NCBI GenBank assembly: GCA_050331235.1 | Contig: JBHJHA010000037.1 | Location: forward strand, 1-58,357 | Direction: 5' to 3' | Origin: Leptolyngbyaceae cyanobacterium | GTDB lineage: Bacteria > Cyanobacteriota > Cyanobacteriia > Phormidesmidales > Phormidesmidaceae | DNA: 58,357 bases | Part shown: one piece after another, positions 33,770-44,379 of the stretch | Layout: each line of letters begins with the position of its first letter | Position numbering within the stretch: position 1 is the stretch's first letter | Made by a program: the position numbers and the translations under genes | The notes under the pieces: generated by a model | The model's input: only the letters and a program-made list of their open reading frames with translations | What the model was told of the DNA's origin: nothing | The model's database searches: none

Positions 33770-34573
33770 ATGTCTCAGTTACGAAATGCCACCGTTTTAA
33801 TAACTGGCGCAGGGGGCGGGTTCGGACAAGCGCTCACGCGGCAGCTACTGGCCAAAGGCAGCCAGCTCATTTTGACCGACCATCCGGCAGTCAACTTGTT
33901 GGCCAAAGTGCAAGCCCTACAAGGCTCCGAGGCGACACCCGCCGACCAAATCCTCACCTGTATCGAGGCTGACTTAGCCCATGCTGCCGGCTGCCAATAC
34001 CTGTACGACACCATTCAAACAAGCGGACTTGTACCCAACATTGTGATTAATAATGCAGGGGTCGCCCTTGTGGGAAATATGATTGACGTTCCCCCTGAGC
34101 GGTGGGAAGCCATGTTGCAAATCAATTTACTCGCTCCGATGCACCTGAGTACGCTATATGCTCGAGATATGCAGGCGCGGCAACAGGGGCACATCGTCAA
34201 TATTTCTTCTTTAGCAGGATGGATTGCGCCCCCTGGTCTCACTGCCTATGCCACTAGTAAATATGGTCTCCGAGGGTTTAGTGAGGGCCTGCGGTACGAA
34301 CTTGCCCCTTATCACGTTCGGGTCACCACGGTGTATCCCTTCTTTAGCCGCACGCCGCTGTTGACCGCCCCTCGGTTTGGCCGGCTGGCCGCATCAGACC
34401 AAGCCCTCCCCGCCGCTTTAACCACTGACCCGGAGCAAATTATGGCCAGAACGATCCGGGCAATTGAGCGCAATCAGGCCGAGGTTTTCCCTGATAAATT
34501 TGCCCAAGTGGGACAATGGCTAAAGCGATATTTTCCGATCGCCTTTGGCGGTTTAGGCTGGCTCAAAGTTTAG
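33770..34573 (+). CDS. Short-chain dehydrogenase/reductase
   Basis: TGAGGGFG, NNAG, NISS and YATSK motifs. Confidence 0.92.
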   Translation: MSQLRNATVLITGAGGGFGQALTRQLLAKGSQLILTDHPAVNLLAKVQALQGSEATPADQILTCIEADLAHAAGCQYLYDTIQTSGLVPNIVINNAGVALVGNMIDVPPERWEAMLQINLLAPMHLSTLYARDMQARQQGHIVNISSLAGWIAPPGLTAYATSKYGLRGFSEGLRYELAPYHVRVTTVYPFFSRTPLLTAPRFGRLAASDQALPAALTTDPEQIMARTIRAIERNQAEVFPDKFAQVGQWLKRYFPIAFGGLGWLKV

Positions 34574-34631
34574 AGATATCGGTGCGATCGCTCGATGCAT
34601 CGCGTCTAGGTCCCATCCATAGCCCAGGTTT

Positions 34632-35972
34632 ATGCACGATACGCAACATCGACAACTCATCATCGGCGCCGGATTTGTCGGGTTAGGCATGGCCCAGGCC
34701 CTCAAAGCTGTTGGCATTCCCTATGACCAGGTCGATGCCAGCGACAATATTGGTGGCAACTGGTACCATGGCGTCTATCACACGGCCCATATCATTTCCT
34801 CCAAGCGGGTTACAGAGTTTACGCAGTTTCCGATGCCCGCCAGCTATCCTGATTTTCCTAGCGCACAGCAGATTTTGGCCTATTTACGGGCATTTGCAGC
34901 GCATTTTGAACTGCGCGACCATATTCGGCTTCGATGCCCAGTAACCGACGTTCGACCGGTGGTGGGCGATCTCTGGGAGGTGACCTTTGAGACAGGGGAG
35001 CAGCACATCTACAAAGGCGTTATTCTTTGCAATGGGCATCACTGGTGCAAGCGATTTCCGGAGTTTGAGGGGCATTTTGATGGCCCCATTTGGCATTCCA
35101 AAGATTATCGCCATCCCGATCAGCTCCGCGATCAACGGGTGTTAGTCATTGGTGGCGGCAACTCCGCCTGTGATATCGCGGCTGAAGCAGCCAGGGTCGG
35201 CAAAAAGTCAATCCTCAGTCTTCGAGAATCTGTGTGGTTTATTCCCAAGAGCTTTGCGGGGGTGCCCATTGCTAACTTGGCTCAGCCGTGGACGCCAGAA
35301 TGGATGCAGCGGCTGATGGTGTATGCCATCATTCGCCTCAGCTTTGGTTCTCATGCTAGTTATGGTCTGCCCCAACCAAATCATCGGATTTTTGAAAAAC
35401 ATCCTACGCTCAATAACGAAGTACCGTACTACTTGCAGCACGGGCGCATTACCCCCAAGCCCGCCGTGCAACGACTAGCTCAGCGCCAAGTGCACTTTGT
35501 AGACGACAGCATCGAAACCGTCGATATGATTATTTGTGCCACAGGCTATCACCTTGCCTATCCCTTTTTGCCACCGGAACTGCAGCGGGTGCAAGGGGCA
35601 ATCGTGCAGTGCTATGGAGGCTCGTTTTTAGCCGATTACAAAGGGCTGTACTTTGTCGGTTGGGGGCAGGCCCGGGGCGGTGTGGGCTCTCTGATGGCAG
35701 CCTATGGTCCAGTGTTTGCGCGGCTGCTACAGCTACAGGATGAGATCGAGATACCCATCGGTCGAGTCTTTCAGGAACTGGGTGTCGCCCAGCCGAAGAC
35801 TCACTTGTCCGATCCACAGGCAATATTCAACCAATTGCGGCTGTTGCGATGGGCGTTTCCCTGGATTAGACGCCGCGCTTTGCAAATCAACCAACGCTGT
35901 CGCCCCTTTGCAAATCAGCCGATTGCGATCGCCCCAAGCGTCTCTTCCCCAGTTGTGTCTGGCCCAAAATGA
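34632..35972 (+). CDS. Flavin-containing monooxygenase (class B)
   Basis: GAGFVG, GGNWY, FMO motif FDGPIWHSKDY, GGGNSA, ATGY. Confidence 0.9.
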   Translation: MHDTQHRQLIIGAGFVGLGMAQALKAVGIPYDQVDASDNIGGNWYHGVYHTAHIISSKRVTEFTQFPMPASYPDFPSAQQILAYLRAFAAHFELRDHIRLRCPVTDVRPVVGDLWEVTFETGEQHIYKGVILCNGHHWCKRFPEFEGHFDGPIWHSKDYRHPDQLRDQRVLVIGGGNSACDIAAEAARVGKKSILSLRESVWFIPKSFAGVPIANLAQPWTPEWMQRLMVYAIIRLSFGSHASYGLPQPNHRIFEKHPTLNNEVPYYLQHGRITPKPAVQRLAQRQVHFVDDSIETVDMIICATGYHLAYPFLPPELQRVQGAIVQCYGGSFLADYKGLYFVGWGQARGGVGSLMAAYGPVFARLLQLQDEIEIPIGRVFQELGVAQPKTHLSDPQAIFNQLRLLRWAFPWIRRRALQINQRCRPFANQPIAIAPSVSSPVVSGPK

Positions 35973-36408
35973 TGGGCCCATCATCCCGTCGATTAATTTG
36001 GCCACCCTTGGAGCAACAAGGCCTAGATAACTGTTCTTTGGGCTGGATTTGCGAGCCCTCTGCAGAAATCTTCCGCTCTCTTTGAATGGACAGCTCAGTC
36101 ACTAATCAACAATTTCGGGAAAAAGCTCCCAGCATGGTGGAACATAGTATTCGCGATCGCAGAGGCTGTCGCATCATACCAATTTTATTTAAACTCTTTT
36201 CGTCTGTTATCTGGGCAACGGCAATAACGTTCTAATCTGCTTCAAAGCCGATCAACTCTGCTATGAGCGACTTTCAATCTGCTGTAGAAGACCGTAAAGC
36301 CAAATTCATGTCAGCACAGAAACATAAATTTTCCGTGTTGAATTATACAATCAATTAACGGGCAGGGCATAGTGAGATTATAGAAAGTAGATTTTGTTCG
36401 CCCGCTTT

Positions 36409-38613
36409 ATGAATGCGCCACTGAATACCAATGAGAGCCAACGTCTAGCTAAGCTGCTCAGCTACGACATTCTCGATACCGAGAGCGAAGTTGCCTACGA
36501 CGACATTACTCAATTGGTAAAGCAAATTTGTGATGTGCCCATCGCGTTGATTAGCTTTGTCGACAGCGATCGCCAGTGGTTTAAATCCGTTCAAGGACTG
36601 GATAGCCGACAAACCTGTCGCAACGTTTCATTTTGCACCCATGCCATTTTACAGGCCGAGGTGATGGTTATACCCGATGCGACTGCTGATCCTCGGTTTT
36701 TTGACAATCCTTTGGTTACAGGTGAGCCCCATATCCGCTTCTATGCCGGGGCACCGCTGATTACCAGTGATGGATTTGCGCTGGGCAGTCTGTGCGCTAT
36801 CGATACTCAACCTCGCACATTCTCAGCGGCCCAGCGCGAGTCATTGCTGTCACTAAGTCGCCTGGCCGTTAACCAGCTAGAGCTGCGGCAGACTTTACAG
36901 CAGCGGCAGCAGGCAGAAGAAAAACTGAAAGCTCAGCAAAAAGAATTTGAGCAGTTGAGTAACAAAGCTCCTGGTATGCTATTTCAACTGCGTCGCACCC
37001 CTGAGGGTACTCTGTCCTTTCCCTACGTAAGTAACCGGGCTGCTGACCTGTTTGGGGGCCTACAGCCGGCAGAAATGATTGCCGATGCGGGGACCCTGAG
37101 CCGCCTGGTCAGACCAGAGTTTAAGGCTGAATGGCGACAAGTCATTGCTACGTCCGCTGAAACTTTAGACGACTTAGATTGCATCGTGCCCATCATCGAT
37201 GGGCAGGGCTACGAAAAATGGATAGGCGTGCATGCGACAGCGGAGCAGTTGGTGGATGGCACTATCCTCTGGCACGGTGCGATGACTGATGTGACGGAGC
37301 GCAAAAAGCTTGAAGCAGAAGCCGCAGCCAACCAGCGATCGCTCCAGCTAATTTTGGACACCGTTCCCCAAGGGATCGTTTGGAAAGATCGCAACTCCGT
37401 TTTTCAAGGGTGCAACCATCGATTTGCGGAGATGCTCAACCAGGCTTCACCCACAGACATCGTAGGCAAGACTGACTACGACATTACCCCCGTGATCGAG
37501 CAGGCCCAATCGTTCCGAAGAATTGATCGGCAAGTGTTTGAATCAGGTCAAGCACATCTCAATGACGTAGAGCAACTGACGACTCCACATCAGACCACCT
37601 GGATCAATATCAATCGGCTGCCAATTCGAAACCAGCAGGGCAAGGTCGAGAGCATTTTGATGACCATCGAAGACATTACTCCCCTCAAACGAGTTCAGCA
37701 GCAGGTAGCTGATCAAGCCGCTGAACTACAGCAAACGCTCCAGACGCTCCGGAGTACCCAAACCAAAGTCATCCAAGCTGAAAAAATGGCCGGTTTGGCA
37801 CGACTGGTGGCAGGAGTCGCCCATGAAATCAATAATCCTGCCGGGTTCATTATGGGCAACATTGACCACGCCCGTAACTACACCGCAGAGTTGTTGGAGC
37901 TGATTGATACCTATCAGACCTATCACCCGCTGCTCCCCGATACAGCGCTGACGACCATCTACGATAAACAATCAGAAATCGTGATCGATTTTTTACGCCA
38001 GGATCTACCCAATCTGTTTGACTCCATGAAAGCGGGTACAGTGCGAATTAAAAATATTGTGGATTCTCTCCGCACATTTTCCCGCATAGATGAAGCCTCC
38101 TTTAAAGAAGTTGATATCCATCAAAGTTTAGATAGTACCCTCACACTTTTACAGCACCGGCTGAGAGGGCGTGGTACTCGCAGAGAGATTGAAATAGTAA
38201 AGCACTACGGGCAATTGCCGCGGCTTGATTGTTATGCCGGGCAGCTCAGTCAGGCATTCATGCAGATTTTGAGCAATGCCATCGATGCTTTGGATGAATA
38301 TCAACCAGCCGCCCCTAAAATCACTTTGACGACGAATCGAATTGATGATGGCTCAATTGAAATTGTCATTGCCGACAACGGTTCAGGTATTCCTGATGCG
38401 CTGCAAGATCGAATTTTTGACCCCTTCTTTACTACCAAAACTATTGGCAAAGGTACTGGAATGGGACTCTCCATCAGCTATCAAGTCGTCACCGATACCC
38501 ATGGCGGCGAGCTGATGTGCAACTCCTCTCCAGGGCAGGGCAGTACCTTCACAATTCGGTTGCCACTCCGGGTGAAATTTATGCCTCGTCAGGAAGTTGC
38601 TTACGTTAACTGA
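36409..38613 (+). CDS. GAF-PAS-PAS sensor histidine kinase (NtrB-like core)
   Basis: GAF ([16 protein letters not shown]), two [29 protein letters not shown]. Confidence 0.9.
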   Translation: MNAPLNTNESQRLAKLLSYDILDTESEVAYDDITQLVKQICDVPIALISFVDSDRQWFKSVQGLDSRQTCRNVSFCTHAILQAEVMVIPDATADPRFFDNPLVTGEPHIRFYAGAPLITSDGFALGSLCAIDTQPRTFSAAQRESLLSLSRLAVNQLELRQTLQQRQQAEEKLKAQQKEFEQLSNKAPGMLFQLRRTPEGTLSFPYVSNRAADLFGGLQPAEMIADAGTLSRLVRPEFKAEWRQVIATSAETLDDLDCIVPIIDGQGYEKWIGVHATAEQLVDGTILWHGAMTDVTERKKLEAEAAANQRSLQLILDTVPQGIVWKDRNSVFQGCNHRFAEMLNQASPTDIVGKTDYDITPVIEQAQSFRRIDRQVFESGQAHLNDVEQLTTPHQTTWININRLPIRNQQGKVESILMTIEDITPLKRVQQQVADQAAELQQTLQTLRSTQTKVIQAEKMAGLARLVAGVAHEINNPAGFIMGNIDHARNYTAELLELIDTYQTYHPLLPDTALTTIYDKQSEIVIDFLRQDLPNLFDSMKAGTVRIKNIVDSLRTFSRIDEASFKEVDIHQSLDSTLTLLQHRLRGRGTRREIEIVKHYGQLPRLDCYAGQLSQAFMQILSNAIDALDEYQPAAPKITLTTNRIDDGSIEIVIADNGSGIPDALQDRIFDPFFTTKTIGKGTGMGLSISYQVVTDTHGGELMCNSSPGQGSTFTIRLPLRVKFMPRQEVAYVN

Positions 38614-38666
38614 CCAAAATTGGCCAGGCAGCGACTCGAGCCAGTTTGGTGTGTCTATCTTCCTCT

Positions 38667-39053
38667 AAACAACTACTAGGTGACAACTATGGGCTCCCAG
38701 GCGTGCCCGCACAGAGCAAAATAAACTAACCACAGAGGTTATAAACAGCGCCGCCAAAGGGGCAAGAAATTTTCTCAAGAGTCCGGCCTCAATGAGCAAG
38801 TAGATCGGCTTTTAGCCAAAGCAATTTTCAACCTTGCTCAGCATTATGAAGCAGGCAGCATTGTGCTCCCTAACTTGACTTATATTCGGGAAATTATCGA
38901 GGCAGAAATTAATGCTAGGGCTCAGTCCAAAGTTCCAGACTTTGTAGAAGGCCAGAAGCAGTATCCCAAGCTTACAGGACTCAGGTTAATCGTTGGGGCT
39001 ACAGGAGACTCCAAGCAGACATCAGTAGCAAAGCAGGTCAGGCTGGTATCGCT
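38667..39053 (+). pseudogene. cas12k: Degenerate cas12k fragment (3' region) from an older CAST
   Basis: Aligns by eye with ~52950-53339 of the full cas12k (e.g. IVEAEINARAQSKVPDFVEGQKQY region) with many substitutions and several indels. Confidence 0.9.
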
Positions 39054-39058
39054 TGAAA

Positions 39059-39091
39059 GCGCATGGATTGAGACGACTCCTCTACTGTGGA
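39059..39091 (+). CRISPR. Fossil homing crRNA unit (short repeat plus tRNA-matching spacer) of the older CAST
   Basis: GCGCATGGATTGAGAC-GACTCCTCTACTGTGGA parallels 54081-54113; spacer matches the tRNA 3' end at 14 of 17 nt. Confidence 0.8.
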
Positions 39092-39126
39092 CTCACAGGG
39101 AAGTCGTTGGATGCAATATGTTTTCA

Positions 39127-39171
39127 GCGACACTAATTCCGGAACGACGACAAATAAATCCGGATAGTAAA
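39127..39171 (+). mobile_element. Degenerate tRNA-proximal end of the older CAST
   Basis: GCGACACTAATTCCGGAACGACGACAAATAAATCCGGATAGTAAA is nearly identical to the current end (~54167-54211), with terminal GTACA changed to GTAAA. Confidence 0.85.
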
Positions 39172-39190
39172 ATTGTACAGGCAGGACACC

Positions 39191-39392
39191 TGTACGGTCC
39201 GGATTTATTTGACACTTTACGGAATTAATGTCGCCGAATTAGACTAGATCATATATACTATTTTTGAACGAATTTCTAGGCTTTGAGGCTCGTTTAGGGA
39301 GTATTTCCTGTTTTTGAGTGGGGCTAACACTCAAAAAGTCTATTCCGCATTTGAGTGTCGCCTTTTTGCAATTTCCGGAATTGAGTGTCGTC
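39191..39392 (+). repeat. tnsB-proximal transposon end with repeated TnsB-binding sites
   Basis: TCCGGATTTATTTGAC (~39198), TTACGGAATTAATGTCGC (39217-39234), TTCCGCATTTGAGTGTCGC (~39343) and TTCCGGAATTGAGTGTCG (~39373); hairpin TTTTTGAGTG/CACTCAAAAA at 39311-39337. Confidence 0.8.
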
Positions 39393-39394
39393 TT

Positions 39395-41041
39395 ATGGAG
39401 CAAGAACTCAAAAACGCCGACATACCAGTTACCCTGACGGATCAGCTAAGTTCTAGGGCTCAGAAAAGACTGGAAAGTATATTACGTCTCTTAGAACCCT
39501 GCCCATCTCGGAAGGAGTATGGACGGCGACTTCGGATTGAGGCGCAGAAACTCAATGTCAGTGTCAGGACAATGCAACGCTACATCAGTACCTGGCGCGA
39601 AAGAGGGTTGGTCGGACTCCAGGATGATGTGCGCTCTGACAAGGGCAAGTCTCGAATGGCTCCGGAGCTCACAGAACTTGCTGTCAAGCTGTTCAAGAAT
39701 CGTAAGAGAAACGGTCTTGTGCTTAATCGGCTAGATATCTACAAGCGAGTTCGGCAGAGAGCTGTTGAGTTAGGTTTACAGTCTCCTAGTCGCACAGCAG
39801 TGTACGACTTTCTCAAACCGCTCTATGAGGAAGAGGAGTCGAAGCGTTCAGTTAGAAGCTCTGGATGGCAGGGGGAGAAACTGATTCTCAATACTAAAGG
39901 GGGAAGCAATCTCGACGTCACTGAAAGCAACCAGGTCTGGCAAATTGACCATACCCCAGCAGATATCTTGGTGGTCGATGATGATGGAAATTTGCTGGGT
40001 TGTCCTTGGTTAACTGCCGTAGTTGATTCATATTCACGCTGCATTGTTGGCTTTCATATTGGTTTCGATGCGCCAAGCTCGAAGGTGGTCGCTTTAGCCC
40101 TACGTCATGCCATCTTGCCTAAGCGCTACCCAGACATTTATGGATTGAAAGAAGAGTGGGGTACGTTCGGTGTACCGCGCCATATATACACAGACAATGG
40201 CAGAGATTTTCGATCAGATCATGCCAAGCAAGTCGCCGGGCAGCTTAGATTTTCCTGGCATTATCGATCCCGTCCTCCAGAAGGTGGAATTGTTGAGCGT
40301 TTTTTCAAGACGCTCAATCAACAAGTGTGGTCAAAACTGGAAGGCTATAAGGGCTCTAACGTACAAGAGCGCCCGGAAGGAGCCGAGAAGTCTGCCATTT
40401 ACACATTAGAGCAAGTCCGTAGGGGCTTAGTCAGATACATCGTCCATCAATACAATCAGGATCTTGATCACAGAACCAACCAGAATCGCTATCAACGTTG
40501 GGAGGCGGGATTACTTCACACGCCAGTTTTACCAAGCGAACGAGAACTGGATATTTGCTTGATGAAACAGGCCACGCGCAGAGTCCAGAGACATGGACAT
40601 ATTAGCTTTGAGGGCATTACTTACAAAGGCGAAAACTTGGCAGGTAACGCGGGTAAGCAGGTCGCGCTTAGATATGACCCAGACAATCTTGGCATCCTGT
40701 ATATCTACAGCTATCACCAAAACCAGGAAATCTTTCTGTCACGAGGTTTTCCACTAATTGCAGGTTTAGAGAATCGCTCCTTAAAAGAGTGGAAAGCTGC
40801 AAAAGATGTACTTAAGAAAAACCAGAAACCTGTGACTTCTGAGAATGTGACTTCGCATTTTGAGCAAAAAGATGTCGCTCCTCAGAAGACTATGCGTCAG
40901 AGACGACGGGCAGCCCAGAAAGGGCATAAGCAAACCCTTCCAACTGTCAAAGCTGATCTGAAAAAAGCGTTTGATACTGAGACCGCAGAAAATCCCTTGT
41001 TGGATTTAGAACCTGCTTATGAAGATGACCTGTTCGAGTAA
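39395..41041 (+). CDS. tnsB: TnsB DDE transposase
   Basis: HTH (VSVRTMQRYI), RSDKG, DDE triad WQIDHT / YTDNG / GIVERFF, Mu-like C-terminus (LRYDPDN). ATG 39395 preferred. Confidence 0.93.
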   Translation: MEQELKNADIPVTLTDQLSSRAQKRLESILRLLEPCPSRKEYGRRLRIEAQKLNVSVRTMQRYISTWRERGLVGLQDDVRSDKGKSRMAPELTELAVKLFKNRKRNGLVLNRLDIYKRVRQRAVELGLQSPSRTAVYDFLKPLYEEEESKRSVRSSGWQGEKLILNTKGGSNLDVTESNQVWQIDHTPADILVVDDDGNLLGCPWLTAVVDSYSRCIVGFHIGFDAPSSKVVALALRHAILPKRYPDIYGLKEEWGTFGVPRHIYTDNGRDFRSDHAKQVAGQLRFSWHYRSRPPEGGIVERFFKTLNQQVWSKLEGYKGSNVQERPEGAEKSAIYTLEQVRRGLVRYIVHQYNQDLDHRTNQNRYQRWEAGLLHTPVLPSERELDICLMKQATRRVQRHGHISFEGITYKGENLAGNAGKQVALRYDPDNLGILYIYSYHQNQEIFLSRGFPLIAGLENRSLKEWKAAKDVLKKNQKPVTSENVTSHFEQKDVAPQKTMRQRRRAAQKGHKQTLPTVKADLKKAFDTETAENPLLDLEPAYEDDLFE

Positions 41042-41048
41042 TTGACGC

Positions 41049-41867
41049 ATGCAAAATCAAGTTGATCAAATTGCATCTGCTCTTGGGGCTTTACCAGAGC
41101 TATCTCCTGAGACTCATCAGGAGTTGGCAAGGTTATCAAAACCCCCCTATTTCCCGTTACCTAAAGTCAAGAGCTGTCATGCATTTTTAGAGGAGTGCCG
41201 TCTGGGTAACGCCCATGGTCGAATTGTGGGTGACAGTGGTGTTGGGAAAACAGTCGCAGTCAAAGCTTACGCAAAACGCCTGACACAGGTTTCAGGTGGT
41301 CAGGGGGCACTTTATGTCTTGCTAGATCCAAACTGCTCACCTAAAAGCTTTTACGAAAACATCCTTGGAGCACTTGGATTTTCCTACACCAGGGGCAGTA
41401 TCTAGGACTTACGCAACAGAACATGCCAAGTCCTATCGAGTAGGCAGATTAGGGTTCTTTTTTTGGATGAAGCCAGTTTTCTGAAGAGGGATGCGCTGGG
41501 AGAGCTTCTCTACCTGGAACAGTCTGATGCCGTGCCTTCCATTTTTCTGATTGGGACAGATCGGCTGGATGCTCTGCTAGGCCCCAACGAGGAACAAGTC
41601 AATCGCAGATATCCCCGGTATCAATATGGCCGTGTTTCTAATGCTGAACTAAAGCAATTGGTCGAACTTTGGGAGGCAAAAGTCCTCTGCCTGCCTGTGA
41701 AATCCAACCTAGCCTCGAAGAAGCCCATGAACTTGTTGATCAGCTCTACATCCGGTTGCATTGGCAAGATGGACGAAATTCTGAGAAGGGCGGCGAGAAA
41801 GGCTCTAATTTCAGGAGAGTCGAAAGTTAGCTACGAGATTCTGCAAGAAGTTGCTGGGCAGTTTTAA
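41049..41867 (+). pseudogene. tnsC: TnsC AAA+ ATPase with in-frame TAG at 41403-41405
   Basis: Walker A GDSGVGKT upstream of the stop; read-through RGSI*DLRNRT...VLFLDEA joins in frame to ORF 41463-41867 (LIGTDRL, MDEILR). Confidence 0.9.
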
Positions 41868-41870
41868 GGG

Positions 41871-42383
41871 ATGGAAAATGAATTGGCCACTCAATGGCAT
41901 CTCAGGCCGGAGCCGTTCGAGGGGGAGAGCTTTAGCCATTTTCTAGGGCGTTACTGTGCGGTGAACTATATAAGTCCCAATATCCTGGCTGAACATATTG
42001 AAGTGGGTTCAGCAGCTGTTGGGCGGTGGCGGAAGCTGAGGTATAGTCCGCCGCCCTCCGAGCGGCATTTGCAACGGTTGGCGGAAGTGACGGGAGTGAG
42101 TCCGGAGAGGCTGTTAGCGATGCTGCCTCAGGAACCAATGCAAATTGGGACGATCCGACTGTGTGCGGCCTGTTTTGGGGAAGTACCGCACCATCAAATG
42201 CATTGGCAGTATAAATCCACCCAGTTTTGCCAGAAGCACTACTTAACTCTCCTGTCCCGCTGCCCCGTTTGCAAAGCGCCTTTTCCCATACCGGCTGAGT
42301 GGACATCGGGAATTTGCCCAAGATGTGGCACTGCCTTTACTGATATGTCAAAATTTCAAAAAACAATCACGGCTCTCAGGTAG
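41871..42383 (+). CDS. tniQ: TniQ (short V-K type, zinc-binding)
   Basis: PFEGESFSHFLGR, IRLCAAC, CQKH, CPVC, CPRC; directly follows tnsC. Confidence 0.92.
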   Translation: MENELATQWHLRPEPFEGESFSHFLGRYCAVNYISPNILAEHIEVGSAAVGRWRKLRYSPPPSERHLQRLAEVTGVSPERLLAMLPQEPMQIGTIRLCAACFGEVPHHQMHWQYKSTQFCQKHYLTLLSRCPVCKAPFPIPAEWTSGICPRCGTAFTDMSKFQKTITALR

Positions 42384-42649
42384 CCACGGCGACTCGACAA
42401 TAACACTTGAATTGATGCAGCACTGCTACATTGAAATACCCTTCTCTCCCCGAAGTGTTGAAAATGGCAGAACGCCGAATCCCAGGTTACACGAGCAGTC
42501 TTTGGAAATAATTCGGGTCTTTCCGAATCTGAGAAATCCTATCTGCAGCAACGTGGCGCTATCTTTCAAGATTCACCAGGATCTGACATTTTCGATAGGA
42601 GTCCAGTAAGGCGATAGCTCTCTATTCTGTCCAGGTCTGCAAGTTGCAA

Positions 42650-42737
42650 AATCGCGCCAACTTCGGCATCTGAATCGCATCAACTTCGGCAGTCAAATCG
42701 CGCCAACTTCGGCACCTGAATCGCGTCAACTTCGGCA
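42650..42737 (+). repeat. IS21 left-end multiple terminal repeats (4 x, 23-bp period)
   Basis: AATCGC(G/A)(C/T)CAACTTCGGCA at 42650, 42673, 42696 and 42719. Confidence 0.9.
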
Positions 42738-42808
42738 GGTCATGTCTAGCCCATTTGGATGTACTCATACCCTTAGCTCAATCAAGCGTCAGCGGGATGA
42801 GAACAGCC

Positions 42809-44350
42809 ATGGGTCGAAGTGGTCAAGGAGCCAAATTGCCGATGGTGAAATTTCGAGAAATTATCCGCCTGCACGAGTTGGGGTATAACCAAAGCGAAAT
42901 CGCGCTGAGTTGCACCGTTGCTCGCTCGACAGTGCAGGACTATATCCGGCGAGCGAGTGGCAAAGGACTGAGCTATGAGGAGTTGTCTCAGCTTAGTGAT
43001 AGTGAAGCGCAAGCCCGACTGGGCAAAGGCAAACAGCCCAAAGTTGAGACAGCGATTGATTTTGCCGGTGTGCATCGTGACTTGCAAGGTAAAGGAGTGA
43101 CATTAGCGCTGCTGTGGCAAGAGGGACTTGACCAGCAGCAGTGGAATCTGAGCTACGGTCAGTTCTGTCGGCGCTATGGCCAATGGAAAGGGCAACAAAA
43201 CCTCTCAATGCGCCAGACTCATCAGGGCGGTGAAAAGATGTTTGTCGATTACTGTGGTCAAACCGTCGCTGTCTATGACCCGGTGAGTGGGGAAACGCAG
43301 ACGGCGCAAATCTTTGTGGCTTGTCTGGGAGCTAGTAACTATACCTTTGCCGAAGCGACGCCGACGCAAAGCTTGCCGCACTGGATTGGCTCCCATGAAC
43401 GAGCCTTAGCCTTCTTCGGAGGGGTGCCCAAAGCCATCGTTCCCGACAACCTCAAGTCAGGTGTCACCGACCCTTGTCGGTATGAACCGGGTGTCAACCA
43501 GAGCTATCACGCTTTTGCCGAACACTATCAGGTGGCGATTCTACCGGCTCGCTCGAAGAAGCCTCGCGACAAGTCCAAGGTAGAAAAAGCGGTGCAGGAA
43601 GTCGAACGGCAAATCTTAGCGCCGCTACGCCATCAGCGCTTTACCAGTTTCACTGACCTCAATGCCGCCATTCGAGAGCGCTTGGAGAAGCTGAATCATC
43701 GGCTGATGAAAAGCTATGGCTGCTCGCGCCGCGTGCTGTTTGAGCAAGTTGACCAACCGGCGTTGCAGCCTTTGCCGACTCATCCCTTTGTCTTTGCTCG
43801 TTGGAAGCAAGCGAAGGTGAATTTGGATTACCACCTAGAAGTGGACAAGCACTACTACTCCGTCCCCTACTGGTTCGTGCGTCGTCAGGTCAACGTCAAA
43901 GTCAGCGAAAGCTTGGTGGAAATCTTCTTTGAGCATCGCCGGATTGCTGTTCATCCCCGTTCTGGTGCTCCCTATCGTCACACAACGCTGCCGGAGCATA
44001 TGCCGCCAGAGCACTGGGCTTACCAACAACAATCGCAAGAGACCTTCCTGGTCTGGGCACAGCAGGTCGGTCCCCAAACGCACCGCCAGGTGACGGCTAT
44101 CTTTGCTGCGAAAGACCATGAGGAACAGGCCTTTCGCACCCTCAAAGGCTTGCCGTCGCTAGCTACGCGCTATGGCACTCAGCGTTTAGAAGATGCCTGT
44201 CGGCGCGCCAACACCTTTGAGCTAGTGGGCTATCGACGGCTCAAAGCCATTCTCAAGGCCCAACTGGACCGGCCTGTGCCACTTCTAGAAGTTCCTCAAG
44301 CACCCTCAGCGCGACATGACTATGTGCGCGGCGCTGATTACTACCACTGA
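42809..44350 (+). CDS. istA: IS21 transposase
   Basis: MFVDYCG, IVPDNLKSGV, KPRDKSKVEKAV, HYYSVPY, HDYVRGADYY. ATG 42809 preferred over TTG 42755. Confidence 0.92.
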   Translation: MGRSGQGAKLPMVKFREIIRLHELGYNQSEIALSCTVARSTVQDYIRRASGKGLSYEELSQLSDSEAQARLGKGKQPKVETAIDFAGVHRDLQGKGVTLALLWQEGLDQQQWNLSYGQFCRRYGQWKGQQNLSMRQTHQGGEKMFVDYCGQTVAVYDPVSGETQTAQIFVACLGASNYTFAEATPTQSLPHWIGSHERALAFFGGVPKAIVPDNLKSGVTDPCRYEPGVNQSYHAFAEHYQVAILPARSKKPRDKSKVEKAVQEVERQILAPLRHQRFTSFTDLNAAIRERLEKLNHRLMKSYGCSRRVLFEQVDQPALQPLPTHPFVFARWKQAKVNLDYHLEVDKHYYSVPYWFVRRQVNVKVSESLVEIFFEHRRIAVHPRSGAPYRHTTLPEHMPPEHWAYQQQSQETFLVWAQQVGPQTHRQVTAIFAAKDHEEQAFRTLKGLPSLATRYGTQRLEDACRRANTFELVGYRRLKAILKAQLDRPVPLLEVPQAPSARHDYVRGADYYH

Positions 44351-44379
44351 AACTGACCCACTATTCAGAGTTCTTTGCG

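Noticed and set aside
39174..39179. TGTACA as the start of the current CAST
   Set aside because: The ACACC duplication and the extended inverted-repeat match place the terminus at 39191.
38863..39228. 121-aa ORF as a novel mini-Cas protein
   Set aside because: Only the first ~35 codons are Cas12k-like; after a frameshift it reads through the fossil crRNA and transposon ends.
39314..39394. TTG-initiated N-terminal extension of TnsB
   Set aside because: It overlaps TnsB-binding repeats of the end; ATG 39395 is more plausible.
42650..42737. Four regularly spaced repeats as a CRISPR array or iterons
   Set aside because: Period is 23 bp with only 4-nt gaps, and inverted copies occur at the other end of istAB, so these are IS21 terminal repeats.
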